Assembly: GCA_020051075.1 (NCBI GenBank)
Contig: JAGVJP010000088.1
Coordinates: 48,022 to 68,021 of the forward strand
Source of the DNA: Parachlamydiales bacterium
GTDB taxonomy: Bacteria; Chlamydiota; Chlamydiia; Chlamydiales; Parachlamydiaceae
Direction of reading: 5' to 3'
DNA: 20,000 nt
A model generated the notes under the pieces. It searched no databases and was not told where the DNA came from. It was given only the letters and a program-made list of their open reading frames with translations. Shown one piece after another: positions 8,500 through 18,392 of the stretch (its first letter is position 1; every line of letters begins with the position of its first letter). Made by a program: the position numbers and the translations under genes.

Positions 8500-9513
8500 A
8501 TGTTGAAAACAATTTTTGTAACAATGTTAATGTTTTGCAGTGTTGGTTTATATGCCGAGAGTCCTACAGAGGCAGAAGTGCCGGCTGTTGAGCAACAGCA
8601 GCAGTCCTTTCAAATTCCTGAAGAGTTTTTTGTCAGGGAACGCTGGTTCTCTTGGTCGTCTTCATTTGATCTTGAAACCCCTACGCATAAATTGGGGAGA
8701 GTGAATCGCCGCATATTCAGCTTGTTGCTTCAATATGATTTTTATGATGCCTTTGATAAGCTTCAGGCAAATGCTAAAATGCGTTTTTTGGCATTGAGAC
8801 CAGTGTTCGATGTGACAGATGCTGATGAGAAGCCGCTTGGAACTGTCTATCAGTATATTTTTACTTTTTTTCCAACCTTTGAAATAATTTCTCCTGAGGA
8901 ACAAACGCTGGCAATCGCAAAATTAAATTTTTGGGGGACAAAATATACCTTGCGCGATCCAGTGACGCATGAAGAATTTGCTACGTTATCGCGTCCATTT
9001 TTCGGTTTTAGAGATCATTGGACGGTTAGAATCACCAATCCTCGTTTATTTGCTCAGAGAGAAATCGATCCTCGCTTGTTTGTAGTGGTGATGACTTTCC
9101 AAACAGATAAAGATAATTGGGCAAGGCAAAGGCAGATGAAGAATTTGCAAATGTCGCTAGATGTCTTATCTGACGAAGCTTCATCTTATGATTTTAATGG
9201 CCTGAGAAATGAGCTAGAATCTCATCGGCATGTGATTGCTAAGATTGAACCGACTGAAGCAGATATTGCCTTCGTTGAGAATTATGTTGACGAGTATCTG
9301 ACCGCGCGAGAAGGAAATCAAAATGCAAGAGAAGACGTTGCTGCAGAAGACATGGAAGAAGCAATCAAGGAACTTGCAGAAATTGAGAATGAACAGATGT
9401 ATAGCGGTTTAGAGCAGTTGATTCCTCTGGTCAGCACAAGTGAGTTAACAGATGGTCAGAAAAGTGCTCTATTTTTCATGATCGACGGTCAGCTCAAACA
9501 AATGGGCTATTAA
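8500..9513 (+). CDS. Secreted LURP-one/scramblase (Tubby C-terminal-like) domain protein with an acidic helical C-terminal extension
   Basis: ATG 8500 follows the SD AAGGAG (8487-8492) and is preferred to 8455. It has a Sec-like signal peptide MLKTIFVTMLMFCSVGLYA. The repeated pattern FFVRERWFSWSSSFDL / LGRVNRRIFS / FDVTDADEKPLGTV / FEIISPEEQTLA is typical of LURP-one/scramblase beta-barrels. Confidence 0.75.
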   Translation: MLKTIFVTMLMFCSVGLYAESPTEAEVPAVEQQQQSFQIPEEFFVRERWFSWSSSFDLETPTHKLGRVNRRIFSLLLQYDFYDAFDKLQANAKMRFLALRPVFDVTDADEKPLGTVYQYIFTFFPTFEIISPEEQTLAIAKLNFWGTKYTLRDPVTHEEFATLSRPFFGFRDHWTVRITNPRLFAQREIDPRLFVVVMTFQTDKDNWARQRQMKNLQMSLDVLSDEASSYDFNGLRNELESHRHVIAKIEPTEADIAFVENYVDEYLTAREGNQNAREDVAAEDMEEAIKELAEIENEQMYSGLEQLIPLVSTSELTDGQKSALFFMIDGQLKQMGY

Positions 9514-9526
9514 CCAATGAGGTAAT

Positions 9527-9612
9527 TGTCCCCATCTTTTCTATCCTTCCCATCCTGTGAAATTGGCATGATGGGAAAGATAGGAAGGATGGATTGGATC
9601 CGATAATATCTT
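9527..9612. repeat. Diverged single copy of hairpin repeat R1 between convergent genes; possible bidirectional terminator or mRNA stabiliser
   Basis: CCATCTTTTCTATCCTTCCCATCCTGT (9532-9558) pairs imperfectly with GCATGATGGGAAAGATAGGAAGGATGG (9566-9592). The core TATCCTTCCCATCCTGT matches the other copies. Confidence 0.8.
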
Positions 9613-9652
9613 TCCTACGTTTATTTGCGCGATGAACTCAGAGCTTGCCAAT

Positions 9653-10588
9653 TCAACCAGATAGCGATGTTGCTTGAAATTTAATTTCGTTCATTTCAGT
9701 TTCCCATTTTTTTAAGAATTGAGTTTCAACATTAAAGACCAATTCATGAAAAGTTGTATTCAACTCCGCTGATTCCCCTGCCCCTGCTTTTTCTTGCTTA
9801 CTCTCTTCCAAAATAGTGACAATACTGTAAAAAAATCGGGTGATTTCCTCGTTTAAATCATTGAGAGACCGTCGAGCAAGATGATGAAGATATTCGTTAT
9901 CTTGGAGACGAAAAGGAAGCTTGATATTTCGTTCTATTAAACCAGCCTCTTTTTCCTTGCTTGTGATAACAAGTCCGGGATAGATTTTTATGGTGTCTGA
10001 CCACCATCGAAAGACTGTTTTTTTGTCTTTTAGTCCTCTATTTTCTGATTTACCATGAGCATGGATTAGTCCACTTTCATGAATGATATGATCGTGCACG
10101 ACAACATCAAATAATCGATTGATCGAAAAAAACAAAGTATTTTTACTAAAATCAGTTAATTTAACTAAATCGTCGTTTCGAAGACTTTTAAGGGCATACC
10201 AAGGATGAACTCTGAGCCATTCTGGCTTCAAAGCAGGAATTATTCCCCTAAATAAGAGATACATTGCATAGTAACGTGCTAAGGTCTTTTTAATTGAAGG
10301 AGAAGAGGGACCTTTTGGAGAGAATGAGATAACCTTGCTCAAAAGATGAAATTTGGGATAAGGGAGTACTTCTTTGTTCATTTCACTTAGCCATACTGTC
10401 GATCCTCTGATTAATCGATGAGGGGGCGGTGGCATTGTTGAAGAGGAAGATGAAGCGGAACTGATAATTAGCGGAGGAAATTTCAGCGTTTCGGGAAAAG
10501 GATTATCAGTATCTCTCCTATCAGTAACTTCGATAGATGAGGGAGGGTTAAGTGTAGGCAATATTGGCTTGCCTATTTCAGAAATCAT
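9653..10588 (-). CDS. Hypothetical protein, paralogue 3 of the lineage-specific family
   Basis: 311 aa with an AGGTGA SD. It carries the same motifs (KPEW, INRLFD, FRWWSD, IKLPFRLQDNEYLHHLA, VETQFLKKWETEMNEIK) and a Ser/Pro-rich N-terminus (SSASSSSSTMPPPP). Confidence 0.9.
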   Translation of the reverse strand: MISEIGKPILPTLNPPSSIEVTDRRDTDNPFPETLKFPPLIISSASSSSSTMPPPPHRLIRGSTVWLSEMNKEVLPYPKFHLLSKVISFSPKGPSSPSIKKTLARYYAMYLLFRGIIPALKPEWLRVHPWYALKSLRNDDLVKLTDFSKNTLFFSINRLFDVVVHDHIIHESGLIHAHGKSENRGLKDKKTVFRWWSDTIKIYPGLVITSKEKEAGLIERNIKLPFRLQDNEYLHHLARRSLNDLNEEITRFFYSIVTILEESKQEKAGAGESAELNTTFHELVFNVETQFLKKWETEMNEIKFQATSLSG

Positions 10589-10625
10589 ATTATCACCTAT
10601 TAGTTCAAATTAATAAATAGTGGTG

Positions 10626-10654
10626 ATTATGAGGAAGTCTCAGTATTTATGCAA
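10626..10654 (-). promoter_or_regulatory. Putative sigma70/sigma66 promoter for paralogue 3
   Basis: The minus strand reads TTGCAT (10654-10649), a 17-bp spacer, then CATAAT (10631-10626), about 38 nt upstream of the ATG. Confidence 0.45.
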
Positions 10655-10811
10655 ACACATTATTCACTTAAACACGATTAAAAAAACTAAACCAATCAAA
10701 TATAAATTAATACTTTACAATTAGTGTTATTGTTAAATAGAAAGCGTAAAAAAAATTGACTCAAAAAGTTTCTTTAATTAGAACTGATTAAAAAAATAAT
10801 AGGTAAATCCA

Positions 10812-11843
10812 ATGGATAATTCTCAAATTCCTCCTTTTTCTTCTTTGCTCAGTTCCATTTATGGAACAGGAACCGAAAGCACCCAATTCCAACCAATGAC
10901 AAAGGATGACATTTGGAACATCGTTGGAAGTAACGTTCCGATTGATGCACAGTTCGCTGCGGCATTCTCTTTGATGGTAGAATCAGGATTTGACCCCCTT
11001 GCAATTGATCCTGTTAAAGGAACGACCCTTCTTTCTCGAACGTCGGAAAAAGGAAAAACAGAACTTGTACGATTAATTCTTACTCCCCCGGCAGAAATGA
11101 GTGGGTTTGATCAGACGGCATTTCGGGCTAACGTCAAAGAAAAGATAGAGATTAAAACCGGCCCTAAGCATCTACATTTTAACGTCGCTTCGACATCTCC
11201 TCATCAAACAGCTCTACATTATGCATGCATACGGGGACATACGGAAATTGTTGAATTGCTGTGTGAAGCTGGTGCTTGGATTTTTAATCCTAACTGTTTA
11301 GGAGAATCACCACTACATTTAGCTGCATACTACCGCCATAAAGACATTGTCGAATACCTTATCAAACAGCCCCAAGTTACTCACGATTTCCTTGATATGC
11401 AAGAGTGTGAGAGCGGAGGGACTCCTCTGCATTACGCTTCAGCTGTAGGAGATGTGGAAATCGTTAAACTGCTGTGTGGTGCTGGTGCATCCATTCAAAT
11501 TAACACCTACAATAAAGAAACACCACTCACTGCGGCTGTTAAAAACAATCATACGGACGTTGCGCAATTTATCATCGAACACCCCCAAGCAACCCCTGAA
11601 TTCCTTAATACAAAAGAGGAACAGCCTGCTGACGGGACTGTTGAAATAGAGGGGGGGAATCCTCTACATTACGCATCATGGAAAGGGAATCTTGCAATTG
11701 TCGAAATGCTTGTAGCTGCCGGTGCATCGATTGACATCTCTAGTGATGGCGGAGATACACCGATACAACTGGCAGCCTCTGAAAATTATGCGAGCATTGT
11801 TGAATACTTAATTACACAACAATCTCAAAGATATACGGGCTAA
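10812..11843 (+). CDS. Ankyrin repeat protein
   Basis: About 7 ankyrin repeats (TALHYAC..GH.EIVELL, SPLHLAA, TPLHYAS, TPLTAAV, NPLHYAS, TPIQLAA). SD-like AGGT upstream; Ser/Pro-rich N-terminus. Confidence 0.95.
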   Translation: MDNSQIPPFSSLLSSIYGTGTESTQFQPMTKDDIWNIVGSNVPIDAQFAAAFSLMVESGFDPLAIDPVKGTTLLSRTSEKGKTELVRLILTPPAEMSGFDQTAFRANVKEKIEIKTGPKHLHFNVASTSPHQTALHYACIRGHTEIVELLCEAGAWIFNPNCLGESPLHLAAYYRHKDIVEYLIKQPQVTHDFLDMQECESGGTPLHYASAVGDVEIVKLLCGAGASIQINTYNKETPLTAAVKNNHTDVAQFIIEHPQATPEFLNTKEEQPADGTVEIEGGNPLHYASWKGNLAIVEMLVAAGASIDISSDGGDTPIQLAASENYASIVEYLITQQSQRYTG

Positions 11844-11878
11844 AGGTCATTGCAAAAGGTAGGTCAGAGCTAGTCCCG

Positions 11879-12001
11879 TTTTATCCTTCCCATCCTGTCA
11901 ATTTACAGGATAGGGAGGATAGGAAAGATAGGGCAAGATAGCGAATATCTTTACGCGCCATCATCCTTTTTATCCATCCCATCCTGTCAATTTCATAGGA
12001 T
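11879..12001. repeat. Hairpin repeat R1 (1.5 units, reverse orientation) between the convergent ankyrin gene and uvrA
   Basis: TTATCCTTCCCATCCTGTCAATTTACAGGATAGGGAGGATAGGAAAGATAGGGCAAGATAGCGAATATC...CCATCATCCTTTTTATCCATCCCATCCTGTCAATTT is the reverse complement of 90-238. Confidence 0.95.
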
Positions 12002-12065
12002 GTTTGACTCAATCTTGCTTATCCTGCCGCTTGCGATCTTGCCTATCTTGTTTTGTCCCTTTTGC

Positions 12066-15000
12066 TTATCCTGTTCCAGTTTTTTGTTTGGATTGACGTT
12101 TTTGTTTATCCTGTTCCAGTTTTTTTGCTGGCAACGGACGTTTTGGCTTATCCTGCTGATCTTGTTTGAGGAATTGCCCTGTCAACGACTTGGGGTTTGC
12201 AGCGATCTCTTCAGGTGAACCTGTCGCGACAACAGCGCCTCCCTTATCCCCTGCTCCTGGACCTAAATCAATGATATAATCGGCATTTTTAATCACGTCG
12301 AGGTGATGTTCGATGATGATCATAGTGTTGCCTTTGTTGACAAGTTTATGCAACACCGCTAAGAGCTTCATGATGTCTTCGCTATGAAGTCCTGTTGTCG
12401 GTTCGTCAAGGAGGTAGAGTGTCTGCCCTGTCGACCGTTTGGCGAGCTCGCGGCTCAGCTTCAGCCGCTGCGCCTCTCCTCCTGATAGACTTTGTGTCTC
12501 CTGGCCCAATTTAACGTAGCCTAGTCCCACGGCGATGAGGGTATCGAGAATCCGTGTGATGCGTGGATGGTTTTCAAAAACCGCCCGCGCGTCGTCCACT
12601 GTCATGTCGAGGTACTGTCCGAAGTTTTTTCCGGCATAGACGATCTCCAGACTTACCGGGTTGAGGCGCATGCCTTTGCAGTCGTCACAAACCACTTTAA
12701 CAGCTGGGAGGAAGTGCATCTCAATTTTTCGATATCCCAACCCCCAGCAGGCTGAGCACATCCCTCGCCGGTGGTTGTAGCTGAAGTGTTTGCCCTGCAG
12801 CCCTCGCATCCGCGCTTGGGGTAAAGAGGCAAAGAAATCGCGCATTCGAGTGAGGACGTCGACGTAGGTGCCGACATCGGAGCGGACTGTATGACCAACC
12901 GGATTTTGGTCGATTGAGATCACTCGATTGAAGTGATCCAATCCTGTCACAACAGCTCCATCGACAACTACTCCCTCATCATCGTCATTCTCATCTTTGT
13001 TGAAGGGTTTACTTAAACCCGCTTTGATCGCAGGGAGGAGCACATGTTCCAGCAGCGTCGACTTCCCGGAGCCAGAGACTCCCGTCAGGCAGGTGAGGGC
13101 ACCGACAGGAATTTCGATGCTGATATGCTTCAAATTATTTGTCGATGCATTATGGATCAAGAGTTTGTTCGAACCGATCTTCCGTTTTTTTTCAGGACAA
13201 GGGATCTCCTTTCTCCCTGAGAGATAGGCTCCAGTCAACGAATCGGGATTCTGGAGCAGCTCCTTCAACGTTCCTCGCGCGACGATATGGCCGCCGTGTT
13301 CTCCTGAATGCGGACCGAAGTCTAGGATATAGTCCGCTGTAGCGATGGTGAGGGGATCATGTTCCACTAACAGCAACGTATTACCCAGCTCTTTGAGTTT
13401 TCTTAGGGCGTTATTGAGGCGAGCGTTGTCGTGAGGATGCAGTCCGATTGTTGGTTCATCGAGGACGTAGAGGACGCCGGTCAGTCCACTGCCCAGCTGT
13501 CGTGCTAGGCGGATCCGCTGCGCCTCGCCGCCACTCAGCGTGGGGGCGCGCCGCTCAAGAGCGAGATAATGGAGTCCAACTTCACAGAGGAAGCTCAGAC
13601 GATTCATCAGTTGAGATTGGATCTCTTCGAACAGTTTGATCTCATCTTTTTCAAAGTGGAGCCTTTCTACAAAAGCAAGCGCTGACTCGATAGGCAACCG
13701 GCAGAGGTCTTGGATGGCTACGTTGTCGATGGTGACGTGCCGTGCGAGAGGGGTAATCCGGGCCCCTTGGCAAGAGAAACAGGGCTGTTCCTGCAGGAGC
13801 GGGATGACCGGTTCTTTGATGTGGGCATAGGCACTCTTCCCCGCTTTGGCAAGGGCGTGATTGACGCCAAGCCAGCGGATGCGGAGTCCAGAGGGAAGGC
13901 TAAACCACCGATCTTCCCCTGCTCCTTGAAAGATAAATTGTATTTGATCAGAAGAAAGAAGAGCCATCGAAGTATGGGGATCGATCCCCTCATCTTCCAA
14001 GATTGCTTCCAAAGGAGCGAACGATCCTTTCGTAAACTTACTTCCCCAAAGTTCTCTCATCAGATGAAAGGCTGACTGCTTGATCACTTCGGCATTGTTC
14101 ATGAGGTTAGCGCCAAACTGATAACCCAGTCCCTGGCATTCCGGGCACATCCCCTCAGGGGTGTTAAACGCGAACGTATGCGGCGTGATTTCAGGGTAGG
14201 ACTTCCCTGTGCTCTCGACAGCGAAGTCGAGGTTGAATGGGATGTCTTGACTGTCTGTCATGATGACGAGTTTGCCATTGCCAAATGAAGAGGCGTTCTC
14301 CACAGCTTCGAGCAGGCGCGCTTTCGCTGAGGGATCGACTTTCAACCTATCGATGACGAGGAAGAGTTCATTTTTCCGTTTCCGGTCATAAGGGATGAGC
14401 AGCTCTGACTTCTCTTCATCAATTTGGTAGAATTCACCATTCAGCCGCACCCGGGTGAATCCTTGTCTTTTCAGACGGATGATGATCTCTTCGAATTTCG
14501 TCTGCTTGTCCATCTGTATGGGCGCCAGCACTTGGAATCGTTCTCCTAGAGGGTGGGAGAGGATCCTCTCCACAACGAATTCTTTGCTGATGGCTTTGAT
14601 CACTTCGCCGGTTTCAGGGCAGTGAGGAATGCCTAAATGCGCGTATAATAATCTGAGATAGTCATAGATCTCTGTCATCGTCCCGACGGTGCTGCGTGGA
14701 TTCCCTGCATGAGCCTTTTGCTCGATAGCAATCGCAGGAGATAATCCACTGACGTGGGCGACTTTAGGCTTGGGCATCTGGTGAACGAATTGCCGAGCAT
14801 AGGGCGAGAGCGATTCGATGTAGCGGCGCTGTCCCTCGGCATAGATCGTTTCAAAGGCAAGAGAGGATTTCCCCGACCCTGAAGGTCCTGTGCAGATGGT
14901 GATCTTTTCCCGAGGAATCGATACATTGACATGTTTTAGGTTGTTTTGCTCCGCCCCTTCCACGATGATGTCTCTGATGCGTTCTTGCGCAACCTCTTTT

Positions 15001-17882
15001 GGGGCGCTCTTTTTCTTTTTCTCGCTTTTGAGGAGCTCTTGCACCTTTTTTTCTATCTCTGGATAGAGGGCGTGGCGGACAGCATGGCCTGTTGGGGTAT
15101 CTAGCTTTGCTATCGCTTCAGGGCGCCCAGCGGCGACGAGACGTCCTCCCCCCTCCCCTCCTTCAGGGCCGAGGTCGATGATCCAGTCGGCTGTTTTGAC
15201 GACATCCATGTTATGTTCGATCACAAGGACTGAGTTCCCCTTTTCAATTAACTTCTGCAAAACCTTGAGGAGATGATTGATGTCGTGGAAGTGAAGCCCT
15301 GTTGTGGGTTCGTCGAGGATATAAAGGGTATTTCCTGTTGCTGGCCGGACGAGTTCTTTGGCCAACTTGATCCGCTGCGCCTCGCCACCCGATAGCGTCG
15401 TGGACGATTGTCCAAGTTTAATGTATTCCATCCCCACCTGCTTCAACGTATCGAGTTTATGCCGGATGGAGGGGATATTTTCAAAGAATTCCAACGCCTC
15501 TGAGACATCCATTTCCAAGATGTCGTAGATATTTTTCCCTTTATACAAGACCGCTAAAGTCTCCGAATCAAACCGCTTAGTTTTGCAAACGGGGCAGTCG
15601 ACCCAGGCATCTTCCATAAAGTCCATGTCGATTTTAATTTGTCCCATCCCCTCGCAGCGTGTACAGGAGCCTTCTTTGACGTTGAAGCTAAATCGGCCGA
15701 CCTTATATCCACGAGCCTGGCTCTCTGGCAGCTGACAGAAGAGGTCTCTGATGTCGTCGAAGAGCTTGATATAGGTTGCCGGGTTCGATCGGGGGTTTCT
15801 CCCAATGGCCGACTGGTCGATGGCGATGACCTTATCGATGTTGTCGATGCCTTTGATTTCGCGGTGAGCGCCGACAAAATGTTCTCCTCCATGCAGTGCA
15901 TTAGAGAGTGCTGGAAAGAGGATTTCGCTGACCAGCGACGACTTCCCTGACCCAGAGACGCCTGTGATGGCGACGAAGAGTCCGAGAGGGATGGCGACAG
16001 TCAAGTCTTTGAGGTTATGATGCGCAGCCCCAGTGATCTTGATCTCTGCCTTAGTCGGCTTCCGCCGCTTTTTAGGAATCGCGATCACGTGCCGTCCAGA
16101 AAGATAGGCACCAGTCAATGAGGTTGGATTCTTGATCAGCGATGCCACGCTGCCACTGACGATGATCTCTCCCCCTTTCACCCCTGCTCCTGGTCCAAAG
16201 TCGACGACGTGGTCGGCTTCCCAGATCGTTTCTTCGTCGTGCTCGACGACGATAACGGTGTTGCCCATATTCCGGAGGTGTTTCAACGTTTCGATGAGTT
16301 TTTTGTTGTCCCGCGGATGCAATCCAATGGACGGTTCATCGAGGATGTAGGTGATGCCGACGAGTCCGCAGCCGATCTGAGAGGCGAGCCTCACCCTCTG
16401 CGCCTCCCCGCCTGACAACGTCGGTGCGGTTCTATCGAGCGTGAGGTAATGGAGGCCGACCTCCATTAAAAAATGGAGCCGCTCCTGTATCTCCTTCAAC
16501 AGCTCTTCAGCGATGAGGAGTTCATGAGGAGAAAGTTTGAGGTTTGTGAAGAAGGCGAGGCAGTCGGCAACAGTGAGAGCGGAAAGCTGGCTGATCCGTT
16601 TTCTTTCCAGCAATGTTGCAGCAGGATACGGTTTGAGCCGTTCGCCTTTGCATTCAGGGCAGACCTGGTTGCACATCAACGCCTGCATCTTCTTTCTGTA
16701 GTTCTCACTTTTAGCTTCTGCAAACCTGCTATGGGCATCATGCAACACCCCTTTCCACTGGATATGGTCTGTCCAGACTGATCCCGTCACTGGATGGGTA
16801 AAGCGCATCCTCAACCATTTTTTATCGATGCCATTTAAAAACACCTCCTTAGCACGGGAAGACAGTTTTTTCCAAGGGGTGTGAACATCGAAATCATACA
16901 TGTCAGCGAGGTTGTCATAGATATTTCCATAACGGACGGTCTGATACGAACTGGCGACCGCACAGCAGTCTTCGGCGATGCTGAGATTAGGATCGATGAT
17001 GAGGTCTAAATTGAATTCATTGATGCTCCCCATCCCATGGCAGCGAGGGCACATCCCCGATGGGCTGTTAAAGGAGAAGTCGTGCGGTTCAAGGGAGTGG
17101 TAGGACAAGCCTGATTTGTGGGAGTAGGCATGCATCGAGAAGAGCTCTTCTTCGTTGGTGTCGACTTTCAAGACTGTACAAACCCCTTGAGCCAGCTGCA
17201 ACGCTTGGGTGATGGAATCGGCGATGCGGGACTGCGATCCAGGTTCTATAACTATTCGGTCAATGACGACATCGACATCATGCGCGAGGTTGCCGTCCAG
17301 AACAAGTTGATCAGTGAGGTTGACGATATTGCCATCGACCCGCGCACGCATGAACCCTTTTCGGATGAGCTCTTGGAAATCTTCCCGAAATTCCGCTTTC
17401 TTCCCTTGAGCGTAGGGAGCAAGGATAATGATTTTAGTTTGAGCAGGATAAGTTTGGACTGATCTGATGATCCGCTCACGGCTTTGCGGCGTCACCGCTT
17501 CTCCGCTGATGGGGCAATGGGGAATACCAATCCGTGCATAGAGGACGCGGAGGTAGTCGTAAATTTCTGTCAGCGTCCCCACAGTGGAGCGAGGATTTCG
17601 GCCAGCAGTCTTCTGTTCGATGGAAATGGTTGGAGAGATGCCGCTTGCATGTTCTAAATCAGGCTTAGACAGCTCGCCGAGCTGGCGCCTAGCAAAGGTG
17701 GAAAGTGATTCGACATAACGCCGCTGCCCCTCAACAAAGATCGTATCAAAAGCTAAGGAGGATTTTCCAGATCCTGAAACGCCAGTGAAGACGATAAGTT
17801 CATTTTTTTTGAGGGTGAGGTCAACCGCTTTGAGGTTGTGGACTCTCACCTTTTTGAGGCTGATCACTTCTTGCTCGCCCAT
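12066..17882 (-). CDS. uvrA: Excinuclease ABC subunit A, tandem-fused double-length (chlamydial-type) UvrA
   Basis: 1938 aa with four Walker A motifs (GVSGSGKS x3, GPSGSGKS), four LSGGEAQR signatures, four LDEP Walker B motifs, CxxC zinc ligands and [22 protein letters not shown] motifs. A Lys-rich linker joins two full UvrA units. Confidence 0.98.
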   Translation of the reverse strand: MGEQEVISLKKVRVHNLKAVDLTLKKNELIVFTGVSGSGKSSLAFDTIFVEGQRRYVESLSTFARRQLGELSKPDLEHASGISPTISIEQKTAGRNPRSTVGTLTEIYDYLRVLYARIGIPHCPISGEAVTPQSRERIIRSVQTYPAQTKIIILAPYAQGKKAEFREDFQELIRKGFMRARVDGNIVNLTDQLVLDGNLAHDVDVVIDRIVIEPGSQSRIADSITQALQLAQGVCTVLKVDTNEEELFSMHAYSHKSGLSYHSLEPHDFSFNSPSGMCPRCHGMGSINEFNLDLIIDPNLSIAEDCCAVASSYQTVRYGNIYDNLADMYDFDVHTPWKKLSSRAKEVFLNGIDKKWLRMRFTHPVTGSVWTDHIQWKGVLHDAHSRFAEAKSENYRKKMQALMCNQVCPECKGERLKPYPAATLLERKRISQLSALTVADCLAFFTNLKLSPHELLIAEELLKEIQERLHFLMEVGLHYLTLDRTAPTLSGGEAQRVRLASQIGCGLVGITYILDEPSIGLHPRDNKKLIETLKHLRNMGNTVIVVEHDEETIWEADHVVDFGPGAGVKGGEIIVSGSVASLIKNPTSLTGAYLSGRHVIAIPKKRRKPTKAEIKITGAAHHNLKDLTVAIPLGLFVAITGVSGSGKSSLVSEILFPALSNALHGGEHFVGAHREIKGIDNIDKVIAIDQSAIGRNPRSNPATYIKLFDDIRDLFCQLPESQARGYKVGRFSFNVKEGSCTRCEGMGQIKIDMDFMEDAWVDCPVCKTKRFDSETLAVLYKGKNIYDILEMDVSEALEFFENIPSIRHKLDTLKQVGMEYIKLGQSSTTLSGGEAQRIKLAKELVRPATGNTLYILDEPTTGLHFHDINHLLKVLQKLIEKGNSVLVIEHNMDVVKTADWIIDLGPEGGEGGGRLVAAGRPEAIAKLDTPTGHAVRHALYPEIEKKVQELLKSEKKKKSAPKEVAQERIRDIIVEGAEQNNLKHVNVSIPREKITICTGPSGSGKSSLAFETIYAEGQRRYIESLSPYARQFVHQMPKPKVAHVSGLSPAIAIEQKAHAGNPRSTVGTMTEIYDYLRLLYAHLGIPHCPETGEVIKAISKEFVVERILSHPLGERFQVLAPIQMDKQTKFEEIIIRLKRQGFTRVRLNGEFYQIDEEKSELLIPYDRKRKNELFLVIDRLKVDPSAKARLLEAVENASSFGNGKLVIMTDSQDIPFNLDFAVESTGKSYPEITPHTFAFNTPEGMCPECQGLGYQFGANLMNNAEVIKQSAFHLMRELWGSKFTKGSFAPLEAILEDEGIDPHTSMALLSSDQIQFIFQGAGEDRWFSLPSGLRIRWLGVNHALAKAGKSAYAHIKEPVIPLLQEQPCFSCQGARITPLARHVTIDNVAIQDLCRLPIESALAFVERLHFEKDEIKLFEEIQSQLMNRLSFLCEVGLHYLALERRAPTLSGGEAQRIRLARQLGSGLTGVLYVLDEPTIGLHPHDNARLNNALRKLKELGNTLLLVEHDPLTIATADYILDFGPHSGEHGGHIVARGTLKELLQNPDSLTGAYLSGRKEIPCPEKKRKIGSNKLLIHNASTNNLKHISIEIPVGALTCLTGVSGSGKSTLLEHVLLPAIKAGLSKPFNKDENDDDEGVVVDGAVVTGLDHFNRVISIDQNPVGHTVRSDVGTYVDVLTRMRDFFASLPQARMRGLQGKHFSYNHRRGMCSACWGLGYRKIEMHFLPAVKVVCDDCKGMRLNPVSLEIVYAGKNFGQYLDMTVDDARAVFENHPRITRILDTLIAVGLGYVKLGQETQSLSGGEAQRLKLSRELAKRSTGQTLYLLDEPTTGLHSEDIMKLLAVLHKLVNKGNTMIIIEHHLDVIKNADYIIDLGPGAGDKGGAVVATGSPEEIAANPKSLTGQFLKQDQQDKPKRPLPAKKLEQDKQKRQSKQKTGTG

Positions 17883-18088
17883 CTTCGCTTCTCTTCGTTC
17901 TAAGAATTCTGGAAATCTATTATTGGACTATTTTACCTGATCAGCGCAGTTTTCCCAATGGAAATTTGTGGGGTGATGGGATTTACACATCTCCCCTTTT
18001 TTTAACGCAAAGAAGTAAAAGAGGTGCAAAGACGCAAAGAGGTGGACAAAGCTTGGAGAGGCATTTTTTAAAGTATACGCAAAAACGA

Positions 18089-18392
18089 GGCTATTTTATA
18101 ACTTCGTCAAGCAACTAACTTTGGAGACTGCAAGCGACGTTGTCTCTCATTTCAAAAAAGTAACGCTTTCAGAGCCATTTCTTAACATCCCTCTTATTCT
18201 TCCCATCCTGTCAATTTTTACAGGATAGGGAGGATAGGAAAGATAGGGCAGGATAGCGAATATCTTACACACCATCATCCTTTTTATCCTTCCCATCCTG
18301 TCAATTTTTACAAGATAGGGAGGATAGGAAAGATAGGGCAGGATAGTTTGTTATTCAGGGGGTAGTGGCTTGGCGAAGTTATGAAAATAGCC
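18089..18392. mobile_element. Non-autonomous MITE with GGC-starting TIRs and an 8-bp target-site duplication (IS1595-like features)
   Basis: Left TIR GGCTATTTTATAACTTCGTCAAGCAACTA (18089-18117) versus the reverse complement of 18363-18392, GGCTATTTTCATAACTTCGCCAAGCCACTA. The flanks AAAAACGA (18081-18088) and AAGAACGA (18393-18400) match at 7/8. No transposase is encoded. Confidence 0.8.
18194..18346. repeat. Hairpin repeat R1, two tandem units (90-bp period), nested inside the MITE
   Basis: Units 18194-18256 and 18284-18346 are nearly identical to each other and to the reverse complement of 90-238, including the linker. Confidence 0.95.

Noticed and set aside
10756..10784. TTGACT-17-TAGAAC candidate promoter for the ankyrin gene
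   Set aside because: The -10 lacks the conserved final T, and the region is very AT-rich, so a chance match is likely.
12000..12218. 72-aa hydrophobic ORF resembling a small membrane toxin
   Set aside because: It is antisense to the Lys/Gln-rich uvrA tail. The hydrophobicity comes from T-rich repeat sequence, and there is no independent support.
12567..17479. Numerous 60-120 aa ORFs overlapping uvrA (and similar ORFs within the TPR gene)
   Set aside because: These are alternative-frame or antisense ORFs expected inside long genes, with no recognisable motifs.
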